Shown: one piece after another, positions 9,159 to 19,500 of the stretch
How positions within the stretch are numbered: the stretch's first letter is position 1
Layout of the letters: every line of letters begins with the position of its first letter
Virus record (IMG/VR): IMGVR_UViG_3300019459_000018
Location: 1 to 39,283 of that record
Direction: 5' to 3' (one strand)
Length of the DNA stretch: 39,283 nt
From: a virus
Lineage: Duplodnaviria > Caudoviricetes
Made by a program: the position numbers and the translations under genes
The notes under the pieces: generated by a model
Told to the model about the DNA's origin: nothing
What the model saw: the letters and a program-made list of their open reading frames with translations, nothing else
The model's database searches: none

Positions 9159-12100
9159 ATGCCAGAAATTAAAAGAACGTTCAACGTTGGTAAAATGAAC
9201 CGCGATTTGGACGACAGACTAGTGCCTCCTGGGGAATACCGGGAAGGTTTTAATATTACTGTTGGGCAATCTGAAAGTTCGGATGTTGGTTCTATTGAAA
9301 ACTTATTAGGTAATGAAGCTGTTTCTCAAAGCAATTTAGCTAATGGTAAATGTATTGGATACATAAGCGATACAGGTACAGAAAAAATATATTTTTTTGT
9401 AACAAGTAATTCTTCCTACAACGAAACAAACACTGGGCAGCATGGTTTATTTGAATATGATCAAAAAACAAAGCAAACTACTGCACTAGTTGTTTCTGCT
9501 CAACTTAATCTACATCAAAGCTATCCAATAACAGGAATAAATATTGTAGATGATTTATTATTTTGGACGGATAATAGAAATTATCCTAGAAAAATAAATG
9601 TAGTAACCGCTAGAAACAACACGTCTTATTATACAGCGGCTAATGATATTGATAATTTAATATCGGTCGCAAAGTTTGCACCTTACGAATCGCCAACCTT
9701 AGTATCTGCAACAAGAGAATCTAATATATCTTCTACATTTATGGAAGACAAGCTAATTAGATTTTCTTATAGATGGCAATTTGATGATAATGAGTATAGC
9801 ACATTAGCTCCATTTAGTCCTATAGTTTTTTCAAGACTAAATGAAACAGATTCTATAAGTACTTCGTTATCTAATTTTGGAGAAATTGAAACGTTTGTTA
9901 ATGCAATTAATCAAGTTCAACTTCAAATACCAACACCTACAGGTTACGGTATAAAAAATGTTGAGCTAATATATAAAGAGTCCGGCTCAGGAACATTATA
10001 TGTTGTTGATGATCAAGATATTACAACTGAGCCTTTTGTAAACTTTACATATTCGTCTACTGACCCGTTTCGAACATTGCCAGGCGATCAGCTTACAAGA
10101 GTTTATGATGCAGTGCCAATTAAAGCAAAAGCACAAGAGGTTGCTGGTGGAAGATTAGTATATGGTAATTTTTTACAAAACTACGATATTCCAGATATTT
10201 CTTTTACAATTACAAGAACAGGTGAAACTTCTGCTAGAAATAATATATTAGAAAATCAATCAGTTAAGTCAAGAAGAACTTATCAGGTAGGTATTGTTTT
10301 AGCAGATAAATTTGGAAGACAATCTCCTGTTATATTATCAAGCTCTGGTACGGATACTGTTTTTATAGATCCAGGAAATGGGGATGCAGCATCTACAACT
10401 GCGTTCAATGCTTTGCGTATCACTTTTACAGATACTACACAAATACCATCTTGGGCATATTCATATAGAGTTGTTGTAAAACAAAGAGAACAAGAATATT
10501 ATAACTGGATTTCTACAATAGATGCTGCTAACACTGTTAATCGTTTTGGTGATAGTATAAATAAAATACCTAGAGATCAAACAGCAACTATTCCGCCAAG
10601 TACATCTCCAACAATATCACCTTGTGATGTTTCTGTATATCCTAAATTTTTATCTGGAGGTAATGTGTATACAAAACCGTATGCTAATTTAACTAAAGTA
10701 CAGTCTATTGCAAATCCATCAGGAGATGCGTTAGTAACAACAATTGATAATTCTGGTGCTTCAGTAACTAGTGGTCTTTGTGTTTTTGAAACTGAGCCGA
10801 CATCTTCGGAGCTAGATATATTTTATGAAACTTCAACTGGTGGTTTAGTATCAGAAATACCGGCTACAACAACAGATATTTCATTTTTTAATTGTATACT
10901 ATTAACTTTCACATCAGGTAATCACATTGAGATAAACAGAATACGTGCTGGTTTCAATGAACCATTTTTTGATATAGGTGTTCGAGCTTTTGTTGTACAA
11001 GAAAACTTTACGCAAGAAAGAAGAAAAAACACATTAATACATTCTAGTGGGCTTTTAAACTCCAGAACAGGTATTAACTATATAAATCAATTCAATGAGT
11101 CCGAGGGAGGTTTAACAATCTCATTAGACCCATTAGACGGTTCCGTACAAAAATTATTTGTTGATGATACTCAGGTTATAATATTTCAAGAAGACAAGGT
11201 CTCTAGATCTCCTGTAAATAAAAACTTTATATATTCTGCAGAAGGCGGAGCGGTGCCTGTAACTAGTAATACACAATTTTTAGGTACAATAGCTGCATAC
11301 GCTGGTGAATTTGGAATATCACAAGATCCTCAATCTTTTGCTAGCTATGGTTTTGCAAAATACTTTACTGATAAAAACCGAGGTACTGTATTGAGGTTAT
11401 CTCAAAATGGTATTACTGAAATAGCTAAAGCTGGGATGGGAGATTTTTTTAGAGATGCTTTAAAACAATCTACACAAATAATTGGATCTTATGATGAATA
11501 TAATCGCTGTTATGAGTTAACTATTATTGGGCAAGGGTTTGACAGTAATAAGGATACAAATACTGAAACGGCTAGTGAAGGGTATTTAACATTATCTTTT
11601 GATGATAGATCTAATGGTTGGACTAGTTTTAAAGGTTTTAAACAAGAAGGCGGTATTTCATTAAATAATTATTATTATACATTTAATGGTGGAACATTAT
11701 GGGAACATCATAAGGAAAATGTAACTCATAATAATTTTTATAATTCTGGAACTCAAAAATCTTATGTAATACCAATATTTAATGATGCTCCATCTTTAAT
11801 AAAACAGTATAATGCTTTGAGTTATGAAGGTGATGAAGGATGGGGAGTTGAATATATTCAAACAGATATAGATAATTCAGGAGTAGTTCCTCAAACAGTT
11901 ACTTCTTTTTCTACAACATTACAATTATTAGGTGCTGCAAATAATTCTGTTTTTAACGGTGCTAATACAGCAATTGCAAAAGAAAACGAAGGTATTTCTT
12001 GGGCTATATTTGTTGAACCTTTAAATTCACAATTTGAATTTAAAAGCATTAGTGATATTGTTTTAACCCCTGCTGCGGGAAGCAGCTTAACTGTAACAAA

Positions 12101-13130
12101 CCCTCAGTCTATAACTGAAGGTAAATTAGTTTTTTTAATTCAGCATACAGTAGGGACTTCAAATACTATTCAAACTTTAAATATATCAGGTACTGGTGCT
12201 AGTCTAGCATTTACCGTAGCTTTATTAACGGTTAATACTATAGATACAGTTGCTTTTTCTGCAATAACTCCAGCATCTCAAATATTTAATAATAGCGGAA
12301 GTAATAATGTTGTTTTTTCTACTGCAGCATTTACAAATTATTATATAGATCCTGCTAATATTACAGTTAATACCTCGGAAATGCCTGCAATAACAAATCC
12401 AGGCACCCTTACTAATGCTAGAAACGGAGATAATATTGTTTATACTCTTCCCATAACCGTGCCAACAGAAGCTACAGCGGGAACTATAACAATAAATGGA
12501 ACCGCAACACTTAAAAATACGTTAACTTGGGAGCAGGGTAATGTTACATCTCCTGGCGTTATAGCAACACCTAATGGCACAACCGTAGGGATAGCTTATT
12601 ATAACTCGCCTTTTGAGGCTGCTGCTTCAAGAACAGCAACTATTACATATACATGTTTAGCCACTGAGGTGCTAACTACATCTAGTTACACGGATAGCGG
12701 AGTGGGTTACCCTGCAAACACTAATATAAGTAGTGTATTAAGCAATAACGACGGCCAGCTTACAATAACTGTAGTTGTTCCAGAGCTAATTGGTAATACA
12801 ACTGCTACACCTACAATTACCGTAACAGGAGCAGCTACTGCAACTTTAGGAACAACAACAACTCCTCAGGCAATTAATCAAGCAGGAGATGACGTTGTAA
12901 TATCAGGCACTTGGAATGTGAATGGTTCAGCAAGTCCTAGTGATAATTGGTTATTATTAAATGGAGTAAATGGTACAGCTGCGCTAACGCCTGGCAACTC
13001 TTTTACAATAGGAGCTACTGAAAACACAACAGGTTCATCAAGAACAGGAACAATTACATTAGCAACAACTAATACAAGAGTTTCTGCTAATGTCCCTAAT
13101 CAAGTAATAACTATTAATCAAGCAGGATAA
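9159..13130 (+). CDS. Tail stabilisation/nozzle protein (tubular protein B / P22 gp10-like) with C-terminal Ig-like/BACON extension
   Basis: N-terminal GKMNRDLDDRLVPPGEYR, LFWTDNRNYPRKIN, RLVYGNF, GISQDPQSFA, FTDKNRGTVLRLS, GWTSF motifs; after about nt 11880 becomes Thr/Ser-rich beta-strand sequence ending in BACON-like W...N-T-GSSRTGTITL...ITINQAG. Confidence 0.8.
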   Translation: MPEIKRTFNVGKMNRDLDDRLVPPGEYREGFNITVGQSESSDVGSIENLLGNEAVSQSNLANGKCIGYISDTGTEKIYFFVTSNSSYNETNTGQHGLFEYDQKTKQTTALVVSAQLNLHQSYPITGINIVDDLLFWTDNRNYPRKINVVTARNNTSYYTAANDIDNLISVAKFAPYESPTLVSATRESNISSTFMEDKLIRFSYRWQFDDNEYSTLAPFSPIVFSRLNETDSISTSLSNFGEIETFVNAINQVQLQIPTPTGYGIKNVELIYKESGSGTLYVVDDQDITTEPFVNFTYSSTDPFRTLPGDQLTRVYDAVPIKAKAQEVAGGRLVYGNFLQNYDIPDISFTITRTGETSARNNILENQSVKSRRTYQVGIVLADKFGRQSPVILSSSGTDTVFIDPGNGDAASTTAFNALRITFTDTTQIPSWAYSYRVVVKQREQEYYNWISTIDAANTVNRFGDSINKIPRDQTATIPPSTSPTISPCDVSVYPKFLSGGNVYTKPYANLTKVQSIANPSGDALVTTIDNSGASVTSGLCVFETEPTSSELDIFYETSTGGLVSEIPATTTDISFFNCILLTFTSGNHIEINRIRAGFNEPFFDIGVRAFVVQENFTQERRKNTLIHSSGLLNSRTGINYINQFNESEGGLTISLDPLDGSVQKLFVDDTQVIIFQEDKVSRSPVNKNFIYSAEGGAVPVTSNTQFLGTIAAYAGEFGISQDPQSFASYGFAKYFTDKNRGTVLRLSQNGITEIAKAGMGDFFRDALKQSTQIIGSYDEYNRCYELTIIGQGFDSNKDTNTETASEGYLTLSFDDRSNGWTSFKGFKQEGGISLNNYYYTFNGGTLWEHHKENVTHNNFYNSGTQKSYVIPIFNDAPSLIKQYNALSYEGDEGWGVEYIQTDIDNSGVVPQTVTSFSTTLQLLGAANNSVFNGANTAIAKENEGISWAIFVEPLNSQFEFKSISDIVLTPAAGSSLTVTNPQSITEGKLVFLIQHTVGTSNTIQTLNISGTGASLAFTVALLTVNTIDTVAFSAITPASQIFNNSGSNNVVFSTAAFTNYYIDPANITVNTSEMPAITNPGTLTNARNGDNIVYTLPITVPTEATAGTITINGTATLKNTLTWEQGNVTSPGVIATPNGTTVGIAYYNSPFEAAASRTATITYTCLATEVLTTSSYTDSGVGYPANTNISSVLSNNDGQLTITVVVPELIGNTTATPTITVTGAATATLGTTTTPQAINQAGDDVVISGTWNVNGSASPSDNWLLLNGVNGTAALTPGNSFTIGATENTTGSSRTGTITLATTNTRVSANVPNQVITINQAG

Positions 13131-13131
13131 C

Positions 13132-13371
13132 ATGGCTGATATAATAAAATTTCCTTTTGAAAAAAAAGAAGGCAAGTATTTTACGCCTATAGTTTCTGAG
13201 CAAACTAAATATAAAGTTGAAAACGGAGCTATAGTAGAAGATGGCAAAGAGTTAATATCAGGTATAAAAGGTGCATTTGCTATTATAAAATTAGTATTGC
13301 CTATTGAAAATGCAAGCGCAAAAAAAGAGCTGTTTGCATTAAATTCAGAGGCAGTCAATTCATCGAATTAA
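13132..13371 (+). CDS. Small protein resembling the detached C-terminus of the nozzle protein
   Basis: 79 aa with FEKKEGKYF, GIKGAFA and KELFALNSE..NSS motifs that I recall as the terminal segment of this nozzle family; starts 1 nt after the upstream stop. Confidence 0.6.
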   Translation: MADIIKFPFEKKEGKYFTPIVSEQTKYKVENGAIVEDGKELISGIKGAFAIIKLVLPIENASAKKELFALNSEAVNSSN

Positions 13372-13376
13372 ATTAT

Positions 13377-13817
13377 ATGAAATTACAAGTAAGAAAATTA
13401 CAAGAATCCGATTGGGATTTAATACCAAGTTGGTGGGAAGCTTATGGTTCTGAAGGCTTCCCTCGTGACTTTTTACCCGGAGCATTTCAGGTGGGTGATG
13501 AACAAGAAAAAAAACGCGAAGGACTAGGTGGCTTTATGGTTTGCAAAGGAAACGATCCTATTGCAGCTATGTGGCTGTGGATGACAAATAGTAAGATGGC
13601 AATTCCAGCTGTTGTAGTGAGTGATAGATCTTATCGTGACACCGACAGAAGTGATGCATTGCAACTCTTAGTAGATTTTACAACTGATTTTGCCGAAGAC
13701 TTAGGTTATAAATATGCTTTTGCATGGGCAAAGCCAGGTAGATTATTAGAAAAATATAAAAAGGCGGAGTATTATTGCGATAAAACTCCATCCTATGAAT
13801 TAATACTAAAATACTAA
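13377..13817 (+). CDS. GNAT-fold / acetyltransferase-like virion assembly protein
   Basis: 146 aa; VRKLQESDWDLIPSWW start, VVSDRSYR motif-A-like segment, AEDLGYKY; same slot (nozzle, GNAT, ejection proteins) as T7 gp13 / P22 gp14. Confidence 0.55.
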   Translation: MKLQVRKLQESDWDLIPSWWEAYGSEGFPRDFLPGAFQVGDEQEKKREGLGGFMVCKGNDPIAAMWLWMTNSKMAIPAVVVSDRSYRDTDRSDALQLLVDFTTDFAEDLGYKYAFAWAKPGRLLEKYKKAEYYCDKTPSYELILKY

Positions 13818-14995
13818 TGGGAGATATAGTAAAAGGTGTAGCATCACTTTTTGGAGGTAGAAAAAGAAGACAAGAACAAAAAAGAGCAACAAGAGCTGCT
13901 GATCAAGCTATTGCTAGACAAGACAATTTTGATTTTCAAAATGTTTATAGCGGAATGGAAGGCCCAACTGTAGAAAGTCAAGGGTATGATCCTTCGCAAG
14001 CTCAGGTAGGTCAACTAGGGGTTGCTCAGCAAGCACAATTGGCTCAATTAGCACCTTCACAAGGATATGAAGCACAAGGTTATACAGCACAAGGATATGA
14101 TCCAAGAACAACTTCAGTAGGGGGTCTGGCTAGAGGAGCTGATACAGGATTAACCAACACGATGGCTAACTTGCAGGTTTCAACAGCTGCTGCAGATATG
14201 CAAGCGCAGGAAGCGGATCAGTCATTGGCAGCATCACAAGATTTAGCCGCACAAGCCGGTACAGGAGCAGGTGGCGCTACAGCGTTAGCAGCAGCGGCAG
14301 CAAAATCAAAAGCTGGTGTGGCCGCTTCTATAGATCAGCAAGTTAAAAGAAACGAAATGCTTAGAGCTCAGGGTGAAAGTGAATTACAAAGAGCTCAATT
14401 AGCACAAGGAAATTTAGCGTCTCAATTTGATTTAGGTCAAAGTCAGTTTAATGTGGGGGCTCAAAACAGAGCAGCACAATTCGGAGCACAAGCTCAAAAT
14501 CAAGCAGCGCAATTTGGCGCACAGGCTCAAAACCAAGCAGCAAGATTTGGTGCTCAATCTGCTAATCAATTTGCATTAGCTCAATTTAGTGCAGAAAATC
14601 AAATGAATCAGTTTAATACTGGAGCGCAAAATCGTTTTGCACAAACACAATTTGGTGCTGAAAATCAATTTGCATTAGCTAATACTCAAGCACAAAATCA
14701 AGCCGCACAGTTTGGTGCTACCGCAGCTAATCAAGCTGCTGCTAGAAACGCTGATTATCAATTTAAAGCGGATCTTATGGACAGACAAGGAGAGGCTATG
14801 GCTCAGCAATTTGATTTTAAAAGATTACAAGATCAAACAGGTAGAGCAGTGGCTGATAAAAACAACGCTGATGCAGCCAGAGCCCAAGCAAAGTCTAATC
14901 TTATAGGAGGCATTGCAGGTGTTGCTAGCGCAGCGCTGGGTCCTATAGGGGGATTAGGAGGCGCTGTTGGAATGTTATTTGGAAAAAAAGATTAA
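13817..14995 (+). CDS. Internal virion / DNA ejection protein
   Basis: 392 aa, A/Q/G/N-rich, GAGGATALA and C-terminal Gly-rich hydrophobic segment, internal 11-aa repeats. Confidence 0.6.
   Translation: MGDIVKGVASLFGGRKRRQEQKRATRAADQAIARQDNFDFQNVYSGMEGPTVESQGYDPSQAQVGQLGVAQQAQLAQLAPSQGYEAQGYTAQGYDPRTTSVGGLARGADTGLTNTMANLQVSTAAADMQAQEADQSLAASQDLAAQAGTGAGGATALAAAAAKSKAGVAASIDQQVKRNEMLRAQGESELQRAQLAQGNLASQFDLGQSQFNVGAQNRAAQFGAQAQNQAAQFGAQAQNQAARFGAQSANQFALAQFSAENQMNQFNTGAQNRFAQTQFGAENQFALANTQAQNQAAQFGATAANQAAARNADYQFKADLMDRQGEAMAQQFDFKRLQDQTGRAVADKNNADAARAQAKSNLIGGIAGVASAALGPIGGLGGAVGMLFGKKD
14060..14104 (+). repeat. 15-nt (5-aa) tandem repeat QGYxA
   Basis: QGYEA QGYTA QGYDP, with a further QGYDP copy near 13979. 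Confidence 0.7.
14447..14744 (+). repeat. Degenerate 33-nt (11-aa) tandem repeat, consensus FGAQAQNQAAQ
   Basis: FNVGAQNRAAQ FGAQAQNQAAQ FGAQAQNQAAR FGAQSANQFAL ... FGATAANQAAA read from the translation. Confidence 0.8.
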
Positions 14996-14998
14996 AAT

Positions 14999-16516
14999 AT
15001 GTCAGAATATAATTACGATTTTTGGGCTAAAAAAAACGAATACGCAGCAGGTGGCGCTAAAGAGCAGCAAATGATTGGAAGCGCAATAGATAAATCTATT
15101 GCAGAAAGAAGATTATTAGCAGATAGAGCTGAGGCTAAAAGAAATAGACAGCTACAAAGAGATATACTAAATTATAATCAAGCCACTAAAATGGCTGAAA
15201 ATTTAGACACTCTTAATTTTATGCCCACCGCTGGTGTTAAAGGCATGGACGAAGTAATGGTTGGACTAGGCCGTTCAATTGCAGATCAAGCAGCTTATTT
15301 GAATTCAGAGCTTGCTAGAACGCAGGATACCGCGTCGTATTCCGCTGCTATGGCTAGATTAAAAAGCGAAGTTACAGCCGCTAAAGGATTTGATGGTAAA
15401 ATTAAAGAACTTTTAGGCACTTATGAACAGGCTGTTCAAAGCGGTAATCTATCTGATTTTACAGATGCAAATACTAGAGCTGTAATTGAAGACCTAAGAA
15501 GCGGATCTCCTGAAGGTAGATTTGAAAATATTAACGGCGTTACTACTTGGGTTGGCAAAAATGCTTTAGGCGAAGATTATAAACTAGCTATGAGTCAAGT
15601 TGATCAATTAAAAAATCAACTACAACAAAAAGACGATATTAATACATTAATTGATAAAGGGCTAAGCGTACAGCAAACAGCAGATGGTCACATATTAAGC
15701 TTTGATGAACCCGCATACGGAAAAAACAATGAAAAAGGTTTATCTGCAGCTGATCTATCTAATAATATGCTTGTTGATTTAGTTAATTCTGCTGGAGCGG
15801 AAAATAAAGAGCGTAAAAGTGCAGCTATTCTTGTAGATCATTTTGGTTATGATAAAAAGGAGGCTTTGAAATTGTTTTCACAAGTTATACCAGAGGATGA
15901 AAGAACAGCACAAGAAAAAGCTGATGGTATAGTTACGGTAGGAGATCAACTTTTGCAAAGAGAATGGTTAAATAAATCTAAAAATTTATATGGAATAAAC
16001 CAAGCGGCTGTTCAAAAATACAAAGAATCTGCAGAAGATCAATATCAACAGCATTATAACGCAAAAGATATACAAAAGCAGCTTAGAGCAGATAGAGCAC
16101 AAACTAAAAATGCTTTAGCCAATGATAATGATCCTAGATTTTGGAATACTCCAATAAACAATGATTTGACTAATTTAAAAGGCATGCCTCCAAAAGAAGC
16201 TTTAACTAAGTTTAATGGCTTAATGCAGAGATTTAAAGGAGATTTGGCTCTATTAGGATTAAGCAACACTGAAATAAAACTTGGCGATGGTACAGTTGTT
16301 CCCGCTGTTGAGTTTGAAGATGAAGAAGGTAATACAGTTAAACAAGAAGGATATTTAGCTGCAGGGCCGCCAGTATCAATGGTTATTCAAAACCCTAAAG
16401 TACCCGGAGCACCTGCTATTGAAATACCGTTTAACGCTTCACCTGAAGATATAAAAAGAGCTATATTCCAAGCTCAAGGATTACAATCACCAAATTCAAG
16501 AATAGGTTTACCATAA
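14999..16516 (+). CDS. Probable internal virion/ejection protein
   Basis: 505 aa, helical, located between two ejection-type genes; no motif recognised. Confidence 0.45.
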   Translation: MSEYNYDFWAKKNEYAAGGAKEQQMIGSAIDKSIAERRLLADRAEAKRNRQLQRDILNYNQATKMAENLDTLNFMPTAGVKGMDEVMVGLGRSIADQAAYLNSELARTQDTASYSAAMARLKSEVTAAKGFDGKIKELLGTYEQAVQSGNLSDFTDANTRAVIEDLRSGSPEGRFENINGVTTWVGKNALGEDYKLAMSQVDQLKNQLQQKDDINTLIDKGLSVQQTADGHILSFDEPAYGKNNEKGLSAADLSNNMLVDLVNSAGAENKERKSAAILVDHFGYDKKEALKLFSQVIPEDERTAQEKADGIVTVGDQLLQREWLNKSKNLYGINQAAVQKYKESAEDQYQQHYNAKDIQKQLRADRAQTKNALANDNDPRFWNTPINNDLTNLKGMPPKEALTKFNGLMQRFKGDLALLGLSNTEIKLGDGTVVPAVEFEDEEGNTVKQEGYLAAGPPVSMVIQNPKVPGAPAIEIPFNASPEDIKRAIFQAQGLQSPNSRIGLP

Positions 16517-16528
16517 TAAATATACAAT

Positions 16529-19500
16529 ATGTTTGAATATAACGGACAACAATTTACATTGGCAGAAGTTGAAGAAGCTGCTGCAAATAAAAAAATGTCA
16601 CTTGATCAATATATAAATCAATTTGGTATTAAAAAAATTGATTCACAAATTGTGGAAAAGCCACAACCTGCTGCGGAGATAGCTGCACCTGCAGTGGGTC
16701 AAACTCCCGATACGGGATTGCAGCCGGCAGTTGGTTTATTGGAATCTCCAAGACTTAATTTAGGTCAAGATTTAAAAGACGGATTAAGCCCTGAAGAAAG
16801 GTTACAAAAGAAAAGAGAAGAATATACCCAAGAAGATTTAAATTCTATAAAGTTTCAATTTGACAAAGGACCTGAGTACGGTAAAAGATTTGGTGAAGAA
16901 GCTTATAATAAGTATATTGAAACAGGAAAAATAGACACTAACCTGCTTCCAAAACAGAACAGATTAGTAGATCCTACAACTGGCAAAAGATTAGGTGTTT
17001 CAGATGTTTTAGGTAATGTGTTTAAAAACATGCCTGAACAAAGAAAAGTTATGTGGGCTTCTACTAAAAATTTACTTTTTGAATTTGCTGAAGCTGCTGC
17101 TAAACAGGGTGCTTTAAATCAAGGGTTGGGTGCTGGCGCAAATGTTCTTGCTAGCGATGAAACTAAAGAATTTCAACAAAAATTAGCCGCGGAATCTGAT
17201 AGTCTTTTTGATGAAGAAGTTAAAGCTAATTATAAAACTATTTTAAATAGCTATAATGAAATGGCTAAAAACCCTACAGGTGCTGGTATACTAGGGTCTG
17301 GCTCAACAGGTCTAGCGGGCTCAGCAAGTATGGTAGATTTAGTGGGAGGGTTAGGAACTTCAGTAACAAGTGTTGCTACATCAGTAATACCTACTATGGC
17401 GGCAACTGCTGTGGGTGGGCCTGTTGCAGGGGTTGCTGTTATGGCTAATTTAATGATACCTTCAATGGTAACAGATTATAACATTGAAAAAGCCAATACT
17501 TTATATAAAGATTTAGACACTGAAGAAGAAAGAATAAACAAATTAATAGACGAGGATAAACAAGAGCTAGGAATACCTATTGCTTTAGGTACTATAGCAA
17601 CAAGTTTAGAATATATAGGATATAAAGGTATTGCAGGCAGCATAGCTAAAAACATGTCCAAGAAAGGGATGAAAGATTGGGCTAAAGCTATGTATGCCAT
17701 ATCTAAAAATAAAAAAGGAGTATCCAATTCAACTGCTACAATAAAAGAATCAGCAACTGAGGTTGCTCAATTAATACCTGAATTAACTAATCAGTATGCA
17801 GCCCAAGGTTTAAGTTTTGAAGAAGGAGCTAAAAAAATGTTTATTGACGACGGCAAAGGTGGGCTTGGTGAGTTTTGGCAACAAGCTCCAGAAATAGCTA
17901 TTCAAGCTGCTTTTGGTACTAGAATATTCCAAGGCGCTAGCTCTGGGCTTGTAAGAACTTTAAAAACCGTTAGAAATAAATTTCCTGGAGTACAAGGTGT
18001 TAATGAAAATTCTTTTTTTACATTAGGAGTATTAAAACAAAGAAAAGCAACTGAACAAAATAAAGATGTTATAGAAGGCCTTGATGCGGCTATAGCAATA
18101 GAAGAACAAAAAATAAAACAAGCTGTTTTTAATGGTAACAATATAGTAAAAAAATTAGATAACAAAGAGGTAAACTCCGTTGCTAAAGCTTCCGCTAGAA
18201 TAGAAGAAAATCAAGAAAAAATAGAAGATTTAAAAGCTCAAAAAGATCTTGATATAATAGATAATGCACAATATGAAACCGCAGTAGCTGGACTTAATGC
18301 TTCTATAGAAAAAGATAATGCTTTAATAGATGGTATTGTAGAAAATGCTGTAAAAAAAGAAAACATAAGGGAGGATGATCTTTCTTTTAAAACAGGCTAT
18401 GATGCATTTTTAGAAGCTACTAGGGCTGAGTCTGAAGCTAAAACTAGCAATAAAATAGCTCTTGATGAATATATACAAAAAAATAAAGAGTTAAAAAATA
18501 AACTTGACTCAGGTTTAATAACAAAATCAGAATTTGATAATCAAAAAGCCGACAATACACAAGACTATAAAAATACAAAGCAAAAGAATGATGCTATTAT
18601 AGATAAAGTTAATAAAAACGTTGAATCTATTTCTTCTAGCAGCATTAAATTGTCTGTTGAATTGCAAAAAGCTTTTGACGAAGGAGTTGCTGATGGATCT
18701 ATAAAAAAAGACGATAACGGTAAAAATATTATATCAAATAAAGTTTATCAAGCTTTAGAAAAAACACAAGAAGCTTTTATAAAAAAGATTTCTAATTCAG
18801 TTTTTAATTCAATTCCAAAAGATTTGCTTGTTGCAAACACAACAAAACAAGATTACGAACAAAATGTAAAAACTGAGTTTTTAGAATTGTTAAGATCTTA
18901 TGATGGTTCGGTTCCTTTAGGGGCTTTTATGCAAACTTATTTGCCAAAAAGAGCTATTGGTAAAAGAGCATTACAAGGAATATCAAATCAAAGATTTACT
19001 AATGATTTAGAAAGCAGTGCTGTGCAAGGAATGATATCTGAAGAAGACTCAGAAATTGCACCAGAAATTAAAAATATAGAAACTGCACAGGCTTTAAATA
19101 TTAGCGATGACTTATTAAGTACTATAAAAAATGCTGCTAAAAAAGCATTAGCTACAGTAAGCAAAAAAGTAGACGATATAAAATTTAAATCAGATGTTTC
19201 TAAATCTTTTAAAGATGATTTATATAAATTAATTAAAGACGCTAAAGGTCTTAAAAATACAAAAACAAATCCTGGTTTAACGAAAGCAATAGAAGAGTCT
19301 CCAGAGGCTTTTTATAATTCACTTTCTATAGAGTCCATGCGTATGGCCCGCGCTAAAGGAGGAGTAAATCCTTTTGAGCAAGCAGGTTTATTAAAAAGAG
19401 ATAGCAATGGTGATTTGCAAAAAGTAAAATTTAGCAATGATATTTTATCTAAGTTTTTAAACTATTATACAGATGAATCTTTAAAACCAGCGGCTAGATC

